A stretch of DNA of 64,000 bases, from the NCBI GenBank assembly GCA_044225175.1, contig JBGAJA010000002.1:408991-472990 (forward strand). Direction: 5' to 3'. The DNA is from Candidatus Omnitrophota bacterium. GTDB lineage: Bacteria; Omnitrophota; Gorgyraeia; Zapsychrales; Fredricksoniimonadaceae. The stretch's first letter is position 1; each line of letters opens with the position of its first letter. The notes below the pieces were generated by a model that was given only the letters and a program-made list of their open reading frames with translations, was not told the DNA's origin and made no database searches. This document shows, one piece after another, positions 35,931-45,683 of the stretch. The position numbers and the translations under genes are program-made.

Positions 35931-36854
35931 ATGAAGAAGTATGTAGTTGGCGTGGATGTTGGCGGTACCAATATCAAGTTGGGTTTAGTGCATCCGCAGG
36001 GACATGTGATTGCCCGAAGCCATTTCTCCACAAGGCCTTTTACCTCTTCTAAAATGCAATTGATTGAAGGACTCTCCAGTGAAATTAAGAAAATTATTGA
36101 ACAACAGAATCTTAAGTTTAACCAAATTGCTGGGGTTGGCATTGGTCTTCCTGGTCTTATCGATTATTCCAAAGGAATAGTCACTTTTTTACCCAATATT
36201 CCAGGCTGGAAAAATGTTCCTTTAAAATCTATTTTAGAAAAAAAACTAAACTTGCCTGTTTTTATTGATAATGATGTTAAGTTAATTACATTAGCAGAGT
36301 GGAAATTAGGTGCTGGAAAAGGTATCCAAAACCTGATCTGTTTAACGTTAGGAACGGGCGTAGGCAGCGGTTTGATCTTAAATAACCAACTTTATCGGGG
36401 CATTCTTAATGCTGCGGGAGAGTTAGGCCACATGCCTCTTACTCAAGAAAAACGTCCATGCAATTGTGGTGGATATGGTTGTTTTGAGACATATGTAGGC
36501 CATCATCGTTTAGCCATATTAGCTAATCACATCATGAGGAAAAATGAAATGACTATCCCAAAGATGTTTGCTTTAGCAAATGAGGGGAATATTAAAGCAT
36601 TACGTTTCTGGAAAGAGGCTGGCACGCTTATAGGTAATGGTCTAGTAGGAGTAGTTAATTTATTGAATCCTGAACTTATTATTATTGGCGGAGGAATTGC
36701 TAATAATGAGAAATACTTATTTCCAACAATCAGAGAAGTCATTAAACATAGAGCCATGACATTACAGGGATCTATGGTCAAAATCAAAAGAGTAAAATTT
36801 GGGGATGATGCTGGTATTATCGGCGCCTACGTTTTAGTTGCTAATGCAAAATAA
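35931..36854 (+). CDS. glk: ROK-family glucokinase.
   Basis: N-terminal VGVDVGGTNIKLGLV and a CNCGGYGCFE zinc motif typical of ROK kinases. Confidence 0.8.
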   Translation: MKKYVVGVDVGGTNIKLGLVHPQGHVIARSHFSTRPFTSSKMQLIEGLSSEIKKIIEQQNLKFNQIAGVGIGLPGLIDYSKGIVTFLPNIPGWKNVPLKSILEKKLNLPVFIDNDVKLITLAEWKLGAGKGIQNLICLTLGTGVGSGLILNNQLYRGILNAAGELGHMPLTQEKRPCNCGGYGCFETYVGHHRLAILANHIMRKNEMTIPKMFALANEGNIKALRFWKEAGTLIGNGLVGVVNLLNPELIIIGGGIANNEKYLFPTIREVIKHRAMTLQGSMVKIKRVKFGDDAGIIGAYVLVANAK

Positions 36855-39054
36855 ATATAAAATCTTTATTTGTATATTCTGTACTGTCTTTGTTTGCGGC
36901 AGTTTCTTTTTAATTTATTCTCCTTCCCTAGCGTCCATTAATCCATTTAGTGGTATGAGCACGAGCACAATCAATACTAAAGACATTAAACAGGTCCAGC
37001 TTGAAGCTGATCAGGTGCAATTTTCTAAAGATAACGGTAAAGCCAATGCTAAAGGAAACGTTGTTGTCACCTCCAATGACACCATTCTTTATGCTGACCA
37101 AATGGAACTTGCTAAAGCCGTAGGAGAGGGGATTGCCAGCGGACATGTGTTTATTGATTCTCCCAATATGAAGGTGGATGCGGATTCCGTTAAGTTTAAT
37201 TTTAATAATTCTACCGGCGAGTTTCAAAATGCCAGAGTATTTAATGATCCTTTTCAAATCAAAGGGGCCATCATAACAAAAGTCTCAGAGAACCATATGA
37301 TCATGCAAAATGGGTATTTGACTACGTGTGACCATGATCAACCTCATTTTCGCATGTCTACGCGTCGAATGGATTATTATCCTGGAGATCAAGTTGTTGC
37401 TCGTGGAGTGAAGTTGTATTTAGGCAATCTTCCTCTGATCTATCTACCCAAATTTTCTCAAGATTTAAAAGATCGTCCTATTTTTACAGTCATACCTGGT
37501 TATAAAAAAGATTTTGGTGCATTTTTGTTAGGTACCCTGAGATTAAAGTTGTCAGATAATGTTAAATTAGTTGTCCATACTGATTTTCGTGAACGCTTAG
37601 GGTTGGGAGAAGGTTTTGATTTGAAATATAAGACCCCACAATTTGGGTCAGGCCTTTTGAGGACCTATTACACGCATGAACGAGAAATTGCCTCTAAACA
37701 TTTATGGAATATGGAGAATTCAGACGGTACAAAAAAAGGACCTACCATTCGACATGAGCTTTATCGCATTCAATGGCGTCATTTCTGGCAGATTGATAAA
37801 GATACGAATGCCATTTGGCAGTATTACAAAGTTCATGACTATAACTTAGCAAACATGGGATTCATTAAGCGATATTTCGAAAAAGAATATCGTAGAGGTC
37901 CGGATGTGAACACCTACTTCTTATTGACCAGAAACTTACCTGAAGGAAGTTTGTCTTACCGTATCGACGTAAGCCGTATTAACCCAGCTATCCGTACGGT
38001 GGAACGCTTGCCAGAAATTCAATATCAACTCAGTGGAAAAAAGCTAGGAGACTCTAACTTCTATCTTAAATCAATTGAGACTTTCTCTAATCTTCAAAAT
38101 ATGCCTGGTAATGTAGGTCCTCATATGAAAACGATGCGCCTGGACGTAGATAATGAGATTTCTTATCCTATGAAGATATCTTTTATTGAATTTAGACCTT
38201 TTGCTGGCGGAGAACATACATACTATAGCCGCACGAACAATACTAATTTCAATAACATTATTCGAGGACAATTCAAAACAGGTTCAGATATAACCACTCA
38301 CTTCTATCGCATGTGGAATTATCGTAATAGTAATTTTTTTGGTACAGAGATTAATGGTTTGCGTCATGTCGTTACTCCGACTGTGACATATTCCTATTCC
38401 CATCGCCCAACGTTAAGTAACTCTTACCTGAATCAATTTGATAGCATTGATTCAAGGGGACTAATCAATAATGTCCATTTTTCTGTAGAAAATAAAATAC
38501 AAACAAAAAGAAACAAACAATCCGTAGATTTGTTGCGTGCAATTTTTGAAACAGATTATTCATTGATCAGAAGTGATAAGAACCCTGGCTTTAGGCTGAT
38601 CACCTCAAAGATAGAATTTAATCCAAATGATTGGCTGACTTTTTCTTCGGATAGTATTTATGATAATCATGAGAAACACTGGAATGAGTTTGATTTTGAT
38701 GCGTACATTCATAAAAGCGATAAATGGGCCTTTGGATTAGGGAAGCGTTATGCGAGAGATCAAGATGATCAATTAACTACGCAATGGAAATATAAGATCA
38801 ATCCTAAGTGGAAATTTACTCTTGATGATAGGTTCTTATTAAATACAGGAGAGCTCAAGGAAGAAAATTATATTTTTACCCGGGATCTGCATGAATGGGA
38901 AATGGATCTCCAGTATCATCAAGAAAGAGGTAATGGTGTAGGATTCTTTATCATCTTTAGACTAAAAGCTTTTCCTGATATGGCCCTTGATTTGTTCTCA
39001 AGCACTTTCAATGCGCCTAAGGCAGGATCTCAAAATTCAACTAGCAGCAAATAA
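36838..39054 (+). CDS. lptD: LPS-assembly protein LptD (OstA family).
   Basis: Signal/TM segment, an OstA-like N-terminal domain (LEADQVQFSKDNGKANAKGNVVVTSNDTILYADQMEL), and a large beta-barrel-like C-terminal region. Confidence 0.65.
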   Translation: MLMQNKYKIFICIFCTVFVCGSFFLIYSPSLASINPFSGMSTSTINTKDIKQVQLEADQVQFSKDNGKANAKGNVVVTSNDTILYADQMELAKAVGEGIASGHVFIDSPNMKVDADSVKFNFNNSTGEFQNARVFNDPFQIKGAIITKVSENHMIMQNGYLTTCDHDQPHFRMSTRRMDYYPGDQVVARGVKLYLGNLPLIYLPKFSQDLKDRPIFTVIPGYKKDFGAFLLGTLRLKLSDNVKLVVHTDFRERLGLGEGFDLKYKTPQFGSGLLRTYYTHEREIASKHLWNMENSDGTKKGPTIRHELYRIQWRHFWQIDKDTNAIWQYYKVHDYNLANMGFIKRYFEKEYRRGPDVNTYFLLTRNLPEGSLSYRIDVSRINPAIRTVERLPEIQYQLSGKKLGDSNFYLKSIETFSNLQNMPGNVGPHMKTMRLDVDNEISYPMKISFIEFRPFAGGEHTYYSRTNNTNFNNIIRGQFKTGSDITTHFYRMWNYRNSNFFGTEINGLRHVVTPTVTYSYSHRPTLSNSYLNQFDSIDSRGLINNVHFSVENKIQTKRNKQSVDLLRAIFETDYSLIRSDKNPGFRLITSKIEFNPNDWLTFSSDSIYDNHEKHWNEFDFDAYIHKSDKWAFGLGKRYARDQDDQLTTQWKYKINPKWKFTLDDRFLLNTGELKEENYIFTRDLHEWEMDLQYHQERGNGVGFFIIFRLKAFPDMALDLFSSTFNAPKAGSQNSTSSK

Positions 39055-39064
39055 GGGAGTTCGT

Positions 39065-40387
39065 ATGAATATTGCCATTATCGGTTCTGGATATGTTGGT
39101 CTAGTGACCGGAGTTTGTTTGTCTCACATTGGTCATCATGTAATCTGTGTGGATAATAATCCAGATAAGATCAAAAAGTTAAAAAGAAGTGAGGTTCCTA
39201 TTTATGAACCTGGCCTACAGGAATTAATGCAAAGTTGTATTAAGAAAAAGAGGTTAGTGTTTAGTGGGTCGATTAAAGAAGCCTGTCACAAAGCACAGGT
39301 CATTTTTCTGGCCCTGCCAACTCCACCAAAAGCTAACGGCGATGCGGATTTAACATATATTGAAAACGTATCCCGAGAGATTGCTTTAAATATGGATTCC
39401 TATAAGTTAATTGTAGAGAAATCTACGGTCCCTGCAGAAACAGGAAAGAAAATTCGAAGGACTATTCAATTAAATCTGCCAAAGAAATTTAAAAAAGGTA
39501 CTAAGGTCCTTTTAGATTTTGATGTGGCCTCGAATCCTGAGTTTTTAAAAGAAGGTTCTGCCGTCCACGATTTCATGAACCCTGATCGAGTTGTTTTTGG
39601 TGTGGAAAGTAAGAAGGCTGAAAAGCTCTTGCGAGAGATTTATCAGCCCATTAAAACGAAGATCTTAGTTACTAACACAGCTTCCTCAGAAATGATTAAA
39701 CACGCATCGAATTCATTCTTAGCAACAAAGATTTCTTTCATTAATGCTGTAGCGCAGATTTGTGATCATGTTGGAGCTGATGTCTTAAAAGTAGCTGAGG
39801 GAATGGGTATGGATAAAAGAATTGGCCGACAATTCCTGGATGCAGGAATAGGATATGGTGGAAGCTGTTTTCCAAAGGACGTGGATTCTTTTATTCGTTT
39901 GGCTGAGAAGAATCGTTATGATTTTAGTCTGTTAAAGGAAGTCCGACGTATCAATGACCATCAACGTAAAACGTTTCTTCACTTAGTGGAAGAAAAGCTT
40001 TGGAATGTTAAAGATAAGACCATAGGTGTTCTTGGCCTGGCTTTCAAACCAAACACAGATGATATGAGAAGCGCTGCATCACTAGACATCATTACGATTT
40101 TAAAAGCAGAAGGTGCTAAGATCAAAGCGTATGATCCAAAATCTATGCATAATGCAGCTCAAATGCTTAAAGGTATTAAATTATGTGACGATCCTTATGC
40201 TGTGGCTGAAGATGCTGATGCTCTTTTGATCTTAACAGAGTGGCCTGAGTTTAAAGAATTAGATTTTGTGCAAATCCGTGATTTCATGCGTCAGGCGATC
40301 ATTTTTGATGGCAGAAATATGCTTGATCCAAAGAAATTACGAGGTATAGGGTTTGAATACTTTGGAATTGGAAGAGGACGTATTTGA
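39065..40387 (+). CDS. ugd: UDP-glucose 6-dehydrogenase. The start was trimmed to MNIAIIGSGYVG; the ORF track starts at a TTG at 38987.
   Basis: Rossmann motif (GSGYVG), the catalytic Cys in GYGGSCFPKD, and the UDPGDH central and C-terminal domains. Confidence 0.85.
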   Translation: MNIAIIGSGYVGLVTGVCLSHIGHHVICVDNNPDKIKKLKRSEVPIYEPGLQELMQSCIKKKRLVFSGSIKEACHKAQVIFLALPTPPKANGDADLTYIENVSREIALNMDSYKLIVEKSTVPAETGKKIRRTIQLNLPKKFKKGTKVLLDFDVASNPEFLKEGSAVHDFMNPDRVVFGVESKKAEKLLREIYQPIKTKILVTNTASSEMIKHASNSFLATKISFINAVAQICDHVGADVLKVAEGMGMDKRIGRQFLDAGIGYGGSCFPKDVDSFIRLAEKNRYDFSLLKEVRRINDHQRKTFLHLVEEKLWNVKDKTIGVLGLAFKPNTDDMRSAASLDIITILKAEGAKIKAYDPKSMHNAAQMLKGIKLCDDPYAVAEDADALLILTEWPEFKELDFVQIRDFMRQAIIFDGRNMLDPKKLRGIGFEYFGIGRGRI

Positions 40388-40391
40388 TTGT

Positions 40392-41687
40392 ATGAAACAT
40401 GTTGATGTGCTTAAAAAGAAAATTATTTCAAAGAATGCCAAGATAGCAGTGATTGGCTTAGGGTACGTTGGACTTCCTTTAGCGATTAGCTTTGCCAAAA
40501 AAGGTTTCCATGTCTTTGGTGTAGACATTAACTTACAGCACATTGAAAGACTTAAAAAAGGTGAAAGCTACATCACGGATGTTAAAAGCACACACTTTGT
40601 CGGTCTTATCAGAAATGGGAAGCTTAATGTATCTTCTGATTTTGAGGCTCTTAATCATTGTGATGTAGTCATCATATGCGTCCCAACACCCATTAAGCGT
40701 AAATATACTCCTGATATTTCTTATATTCTTTCTTCTGTTAAAAGCATTAGCCAGTATCTTCGTTCGGGAATGTTGGTTGTTCTTGAAAGCACAACATATC
40801 CTGGGACCACAGAAGAGCTCATTAAACCTCAGTTAGAGAAAAAAGGCCTTAAAGCGGGACGTGATTTTTGTTTGGCGTTCTCTCCAGAACGTATTGATCC
40901 TGGTAATAAAAGTTTTGATGTGACTCATATCCCTAAGGTAGTTGGAGGTTTAACTCAACAATGCTGCGATCTGACGGTCTTACTCTATAGTTCCATTATT
41001 AAGAAAATTCATCCTGTTTCTTCACCTAAAGCGGCAGAAATGACGAAGTTATTAGAGAACTCTTTTCGTATTGTTAACATTGGCTGGATCAATGAAATAG
41101 CTCAGGCTTGTCACAAGATGGGAATTGATGTTTGGGAAGTCATCGATGCTGCTAAAACAAAACCATTTGGTTTTATGCCCTTTTATCCTGGGCTTGGGGT
41201 GGGTGGGCACTGTATTCCAGAAGATCCTTTATATCTCTATTGGAAAGCTAAGCGATATGGTTTTAATTCCAAATTTATTAAATTAGCAGCCGACACAAAC
41301 AGCCACATGCCCCATTATATTGTTCATCGATTGGAGGAATTCTTATCGAAGAGTATCTCTAAATCAAAGATTTTAATATTAGGTGTAACGTATAAAAAAG
41401 ATGTGAAAGATTTAAGAAAGTCTCCATCTGTTAAACTGATAGACCTTCTTAAACAACAAGCAACGGTAGATTATTATGATCCTTTGGTGCCTTTCTTAAA
41501 GATTGGTCCAATTGATATGAAAAGGGTTTCTTTAGATGCAAGTACCCTTAAGAAATATGATTGTGTTGTGCTAGCAGTGGACCATAGCCATGTGGATTAT
41601 CAATTGATTTATAAGAATTCAAAACGAATATTTGATGTCAAAAATGTATATAAGAACCAGAAAGATTCGAAGATAGAAAGGTTATAA
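40392..41687 (+). CDS. UDP-N-acetyl-D-hexosamine (ManNAc/GlcNAc) dehydrogenase family nucleotide-sugar dehydrogenase.
   Basis: IAVIGLGYVGLPLA Rossmann motif and GVGGHCIPEDP catalytic Cys motif, WecC/WbpA-like. Confidence 0.75.
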   Translation: MKHVDVLKKKIISKNAKIAVIGLGYVGLPLAISFAKKGFHVFGVDINLQHIERLKKGESYITDVKSTHFVGLIRNGKLNVSSDFEALNHCDVVIICVPTPIKRKYTPDISYILSSVKSISQYLRSGMLVVLESTTYPGTTEELIKPQLEKKGLKAGRDFCLAFSPERIDPGNKSFDVTHIPKVVGGLTQQCCDLTVLLYSSIIKKIHPVSSPKAAEMTKLLENSFRIVNIGWINEIAQACHKMGIDVWEVIDAAKTKPFGFMPFYPGLGVGGHCIPEDPLYLYWKAKRYGFNSKFIKLAADTNSHMPHYIVHRLEEFLSKSISKSKILILGVTYKKDVKDLRKSPSVKLIDLLKQQATVDYYDPLVPFLKIGPIDMKRVSLDASTLKKYDCVVLAVDHSHVDYQLIYKNSKRIFDVKNVYKNQKDSKIERL

Positions 41688-42629
41688 ATGGCCGTATCTA
41701 AAACTGTTTTAGTCATTGGAGGAGCAGGTTTTATTGGAAGTCATCTGTGTGACTGGTTTATTCAAAGAAATTACAAAGTCATTGCTCTGGATAATCTCAT
41801 CACAGGTTCCAAGAGTAATATTTCTCATTTAATGAAGAATAAAAAATTCAAATTCATTAAACATGATATTACTAAACCTATTAAGATTGCAGGACAGATT
41901 CACTATGTTCTTAATTTTGCTTCACCCGCGTCTCCCATTGATTATTTAGAGCTGCCTATTCAAACGATGAAAGTAGGCTCGCTTGGGACTCATAATGCTT
42001 TAGGAATTGCTAAAGCTAAGAAAGCTGTTTTTTTTATGGCTTCTACATCAGAAGTGTATGGAGATCCATTGGAACATCCTCAGAAAGAGACATATTGGGG
42101 AAACGTTAATCCTATTGGTCCGCGGGGAGTTTACGATGAGGCCAAGCGTTTTTCAGAAGCTTTGACTCTGGCTTACAAAAATGTACATAAACTTGATGTA
42201 AAAATTATCCGAATTTTTAATACATACGGCCCACGCATGCGTCTTAAAGATGGCCGTGTTGTTCCAAACTTTATCGATCAGATCTTACATGGTAAGCCAT
42301 TGACGATTTATGGGGATGGCAAACAAACAAGATCGTTCTGCTATGTAGATGACTTAGTGGATGGAATTACAAAACTTTTATTCTCAAAATTAACAGGTCC
42401 AGTCAATATGGGCAATCCCAGAGAGTTTACGATTGGAGAATTTGCTGATTTAGTCATGAAGACATATGGAAGTAAATCCAAGCTTATATATGAGCCTCTT
42501 CCTAAAGATGATCCCAAGCAGAGAAAGCCGGATATCACATTGGCACGCAAGGAATTAGGCTGGGAACCCAAGATTCCTTTAGAAGAAGGTCTGAGATCAA
42601 CCATGGAATGGTTTAGGAGCCAAAGGTAA
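41688..42629 (+). CDS. UDP-glucuronate decarboxylase (UDP-xylose synthase)-like SDR.
   Basis: GGAGFIGSH, the YDEAKR catalytic motif, and UXS/ArnA-C-terminal-like sequence. Confidence 0.8.
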   Translation: MAVSKTVLVIGGAGFIGSHLCDWFIQRNYKVIALDNLITGSKSNISHLMKNKKFKFIKHDITKPIKIAGQIHYVLNFASPASPIDYLELPIQTMKVGSLGTHNALGIAKAKKAVFFMASTSEVYGDPLEHPQKETYWGNVNPIGPRGVYDEAKRFSEALTLAYKNVHKLDVKIIRIFNTYGPRMRLKDGRVVPNFIDQILHGKPLTIYGDGKQTRSFCYVDDLVDGITKLLFSKLTGPVNMGNPREFTIGEFADLVMKTYGSKSKLIYEPLPKDDPKQRKPDITLARKELGWEPKIPLEEGLRSTMEWFRSQR

Positions 42630-42633
42630 AGAT

Positions 42634-43245
42634 ATGATGACAAAAGAAGATATAGTAGCCTTCGAAAAAGAAATTGCAGATGTTTTTGCAACTGGGGTCA
42701 TTCGAGCTCCTGTTCATCTGCGAGCTGGTCGGGAAGACCAGTTGATTAAGATTTTTCAGGACCACAACATAGGTGATGACGATTACATCTTTGGCTTCTG
42801 GGATTCTCATGAGCTGGCCCTTCTAAAAGGAGTTCCTCGGGAAGAATTGAAACAAGCGATTATTGATGGAAAAAGTATTGCGCTTTGTTTTCCCAAATAT
42901 AAGGTCCTTTGTTCAGGGATCGTTGGATCATTAATGGGAACTGCAGCAGGGGTGGCATGGTCTTTAAAGAACCAAAATAAAAAAGGTCATGTGTATCTTT
43001 TTTGTGGAGACATGTCTGCAGAGACAGGTATTTTTCATGAGGCTGTCAAATATGTATATAACTTTGATTTGCCAGCTACTTTTGTGGTCTGTGACAATGG
43101 GGTGAGTGTTATGACGAATACTCGGGAAACTTGGGGGGCGCCTGAACCATGGTTTACAGGGACTAAATATGAGAAGAAAATTATCTATTTTAAATATACT
43201 AATGGGTACCCACATTCGGGACTCGGAAAACTGATTAAATTCTAA
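42634..43245 (+). CDS. TPP-dependent enzyme, PP-domain subunit (split transketolase/E1-alpha-like).
   Basis: TPP-binding GD..(about 27)..DNG motif (CGDMSAETG...VVCDNG). Confidence 0.5.
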   Translation: MMTKEDIVAFEKEIADVFATGVIRAPVHLRAGREDQLIKIFQDHNIGDDDYIFGFWDSHELALLKGVPREELKQAIIDGKSIALCFPKYKVLCSGIVGSLMGTAAGVAWSLKNQNKKGHVYLFCGDMSAETGIFHEAVKYVYNFDLPATFVVCDNGVSVMTNTRETWGAPEPWFTGTKYEKKIIYFKYTNGYPHSGLGKLIKF

Positions 43246-43247
43246 CT

Positions 43248-43823
43248 ATGACAACTACAGCCCAATTAAAATACTTCGATGAATTAAAACGTACTATGGA
43301 ATGGTTGGCCCAGCAGCCAAAGGTTATGTTTGTCGGACAAACAGTCGCTGGTCCTGGAACATTTATGTTTCAAACCTTACGAGATTGCCCTAAAGATAGG
43401 GCCCTTGAAATGCCAATCAATGAAAGTTTTCAAATGCAGTTTACAATTGGCATGGCCCTGGCGGGATATATTCCTGTATCTGTTTATCCTAGACAGAATT
43501 TTCTGTTATTAGCGACGGGAGATATGGCCAACATGCTGGATAAAATCCCTGATATCAGTGAAGGCAAATGGCCCCTTAAAGTGATCATTAGAGTAGCCAT
43601 TGGTCCTGATTTTCCCGTTCATCCAGGGCATCAACACATTGGAAATTTTGCCCAGGCGTTCAAGAAGTTATTTGACCATATTGAGGTCGTTGAACTCAAT
43701 CGTGCAGAAGATATTTTTCCAGCTTATAAGAATGCTTTGGAACGCACGGATGGAAAAGCAACGTTAATCATTGAGCATGGTAATTATTACAACGAAGAAT
43801 ATTATGCTAAGCATGCAGCGTAA
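43248..43823 (+). CDS. TPP-dependent enzyme, Pyr-domain subunit (split transketolase/E1-beta-like).
   Basis: Pyrimidine-binding-domain-like sequence (PINESFQMQFTIGMALAG), directly downstream of the PP-domain subunit. Confidence 0.5.
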   Translation: MTTTAQLKYFDELKRTMEWLAQQPKVMFVGQTVAGPGTFMFQTLRDCPKDRALEMPINESFQMQFTIGMALAGYIPVSVYPRQNFLLLATGDMANMLDKIPDISEGKWPLKVIIRVAIGPDFPVHPGHQHIGNFAQAFKKLFDHIEVVELNRAEDIFPAYKNALERTDGKATLIIEHGNYYNEEYYAKHAA

Positions 43824-44739
43824 CAGCCGTATTTTTATTGTTGGCCATCAGGATAGTTTAGAAAATTCTCTTTGGAATTATTTCTCATCTAAAGGCTTTT
43901 CTCACGTTTACACAAATAGTCGTAATCGTTTGGATGTTGTTTCTCAGGCAAAAGTAGAGAAGTTTTTTAAAGACGTGTGTCCTGAGTATGTTTTTTTAGG
44001 TTCAGTACGATCTGGTGGTATTGTGGCCAATCAAAAGCATGCTGCAGAATTCATTTATGAGAATCTTCAATCTCAGAGCAATGTTATTCATAGTGCCTAT
44101 AAAGCAGGCGTAAAGAAATTTGTTTTCTTTGGTGCCTCCTGTGCATATCCCAAAGAAGCTAAGCAGCCAATCAAAGAAGATTCACTTTTAACAGGGTTAA
44201 TGGAAGAAACGAGTGAACCTTATTCAGTTGCTAAATTAGCTGGAATCAAAATGTGTCAGACTTATCGCAAACAGTATGGGTTAGATGCCATGGTGATAGT
44301 TCCGGCCACTCTTTATGGCCCAGGAAGCGATACCAATCTTGAAACAGCTCATGTCATGGGAGCTCTGATGGCCAAATTTCATAAGGCAGTCAGTGAGAAT
44401 CAAAAAGAAGTGCAAGTGTGGGGCACAGGTAAGGCACGACGAGAATTCTTATATGTTGATGATTTTGTGAATGGCGTTCTTTTTTTGATGAAGAATTATA
44501 AGGGTGATGAAATTATTAATTTGGGTGTTGGATCAGATATCACCATTTCTCAGTTAGCTCACCTTATGTCCAAAATGACAGCATTTAAGGGTAAGATTAT
44601 TTTCGATCGAACTAAGCCTGATGGCACTATGCGTAAACTATTGAACAGTAATCGTGTTCGCAATTTAGGATGGAAGCCCAAGGTTGATTTGGAAATAGGG
44701 ATTCGTAAGACATATCAATGGTATAAAAATTTATCATAA
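43813..44739 (+). CDS. GDP-L-fucose synthase (Fcl/ColC)-like bifunctional epimerase/reductase. The ORF track starts at a TTG at 43771.
   Basis: SDR with a YSVAK catalytic motif and LYGPGSD, resembling GDP-4-keto-6-deoxymannose 3,5-epimerase/4-reductases. Confidence 0.6.
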   Translation: MQRNSRIFIVGHQDSLENSLWNYFSSKGFSHVYTNSRNRLDVVSQAKVEKFFKDVCPEYVFLGSVRSGGIVANQKHAAEFIYENLQSQSNVIHSAYKAGVKKFVFFGASCAYPKEAKQPIKEDSLLTGLMEETSEPYSVAKLAGIKMCQTYRKQYGLDAMVIVPATLYGPGSDTNLETAHVMGALMAKFHKAVSENQKEVQVWGTGKARREFLYVDDFVNGVLFLMKNYKGDEIINLGVGSDITISQLAHLMSKMTAFKGKIIFDRTKPDGTMRKLLNSNRVRNLGWKPKVDLEIGIRKTYQWYKNLS

Positions 44740-44750
44740 GAAAGGAATGT

Positions 44751-45683
44751 ATGAAAATTTTAGTCACCGGCGCCGCAGGTTATATCGGCTCAATTTTTGT
44801 TCCACGTTTATTGCAAGAAGGACATGAAGTCATCGCTTTAGATAATTTTATGTATAATCAAAGTTCGCTGTTAGATGTTTGTTATCATGATAAATTGACT
44901 GTTGTCCGAGGAGATACGCGTGATAAACAGGTGATGACGAAATTGATGAAGGACGCTGATGCGATCTTTCCCTTAGCGTGTTTAACGGGTGCTCCTTTAT
45001 GTGCGAAAGATCCAGTAGGTGCCCAAACTATTCTTTTGGATGCCGTTAATATGATCATTCAATTACGTAGTAAAGACCAAAGGATTATTTTCCCAACAAC
45101 GAATAGTGGTTATGGCGTTGGAGAGAAGGGCAAACATTGCACAGAAGAAACAACGCTTCGTCCAATTTCTTTGTATGGAAAACTAAAGGTTGATGCTGAG
45201 AATGCTATTTTGGATGCTGGAAACTCGATCACATTTCGTTTAGCTACCGCTTTTGGTGTAGCTCCTAGAATGCGTTTGGATTTATTGGTCAATGATTTCG
45301 TTTATCGAGCAGTATATGATCGATTTGTGGTTCTATTTGAAGCCCATTTCAATAGAAATTTTATTCATGTTCGTGATATCTCAAAAGCTTTCATCCATGG
45401 ATTGAATAATTTTGATAAAATGAAGAACCAGCCATATAACGTTGGACTGAGTGATGCGAATTTGACAAAATTACAGCTATGTCAGGAAATAAAGAAATTC
45501 GTCCCTGATTTTTATTTTGTGGAAGCAACCATTGGCGAAGATCCGGATAAACGGGATTACATTGTTAGTAATGAAAAGATTGAGAAAACAGGGTTCAAGC
45601 CTGATGTGAGTCTCCAAAAAGGAATTCAAGAGTTAATCAAGGCTTATCAAGTTATCAAGAGAAATCAATATGCCAATATCTAA
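44751..45683 (+). CDS. NAD-dependent epimerase/dehydratase (SDR).
   Basis: VTGAAGYIGS Rossmann motif and YGKLK catalytic motif. Confidence 0.7.
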   Translation: MKILVTGAAGYIGSIFVPRLLQEGHEVIALDNFMYNQSSLLDVCYHDKLTVVRGDTRDKQVMTKLMKDADAIFPLACLTGAPLCAKDPVGAQTILLDAVNMIIQLRSKDQRIIFPTTNSGYGVGEKGKHCTEETTLRPISLYGKLKVDAENAILDAGNSITFRLATAFGVAPRMRLDLLVNDFVYRAVYDRFVVLFEAHFNRNFIHVRDISKAFIHGLNNFDKMKNQPYNVGLSDANLTKLQLCQEIKKFVPDFYFVEATIGEDPDKRDYIVSNEKIEKTGFKPDVSLQKGIQELIKAYQVIKRNQYANI

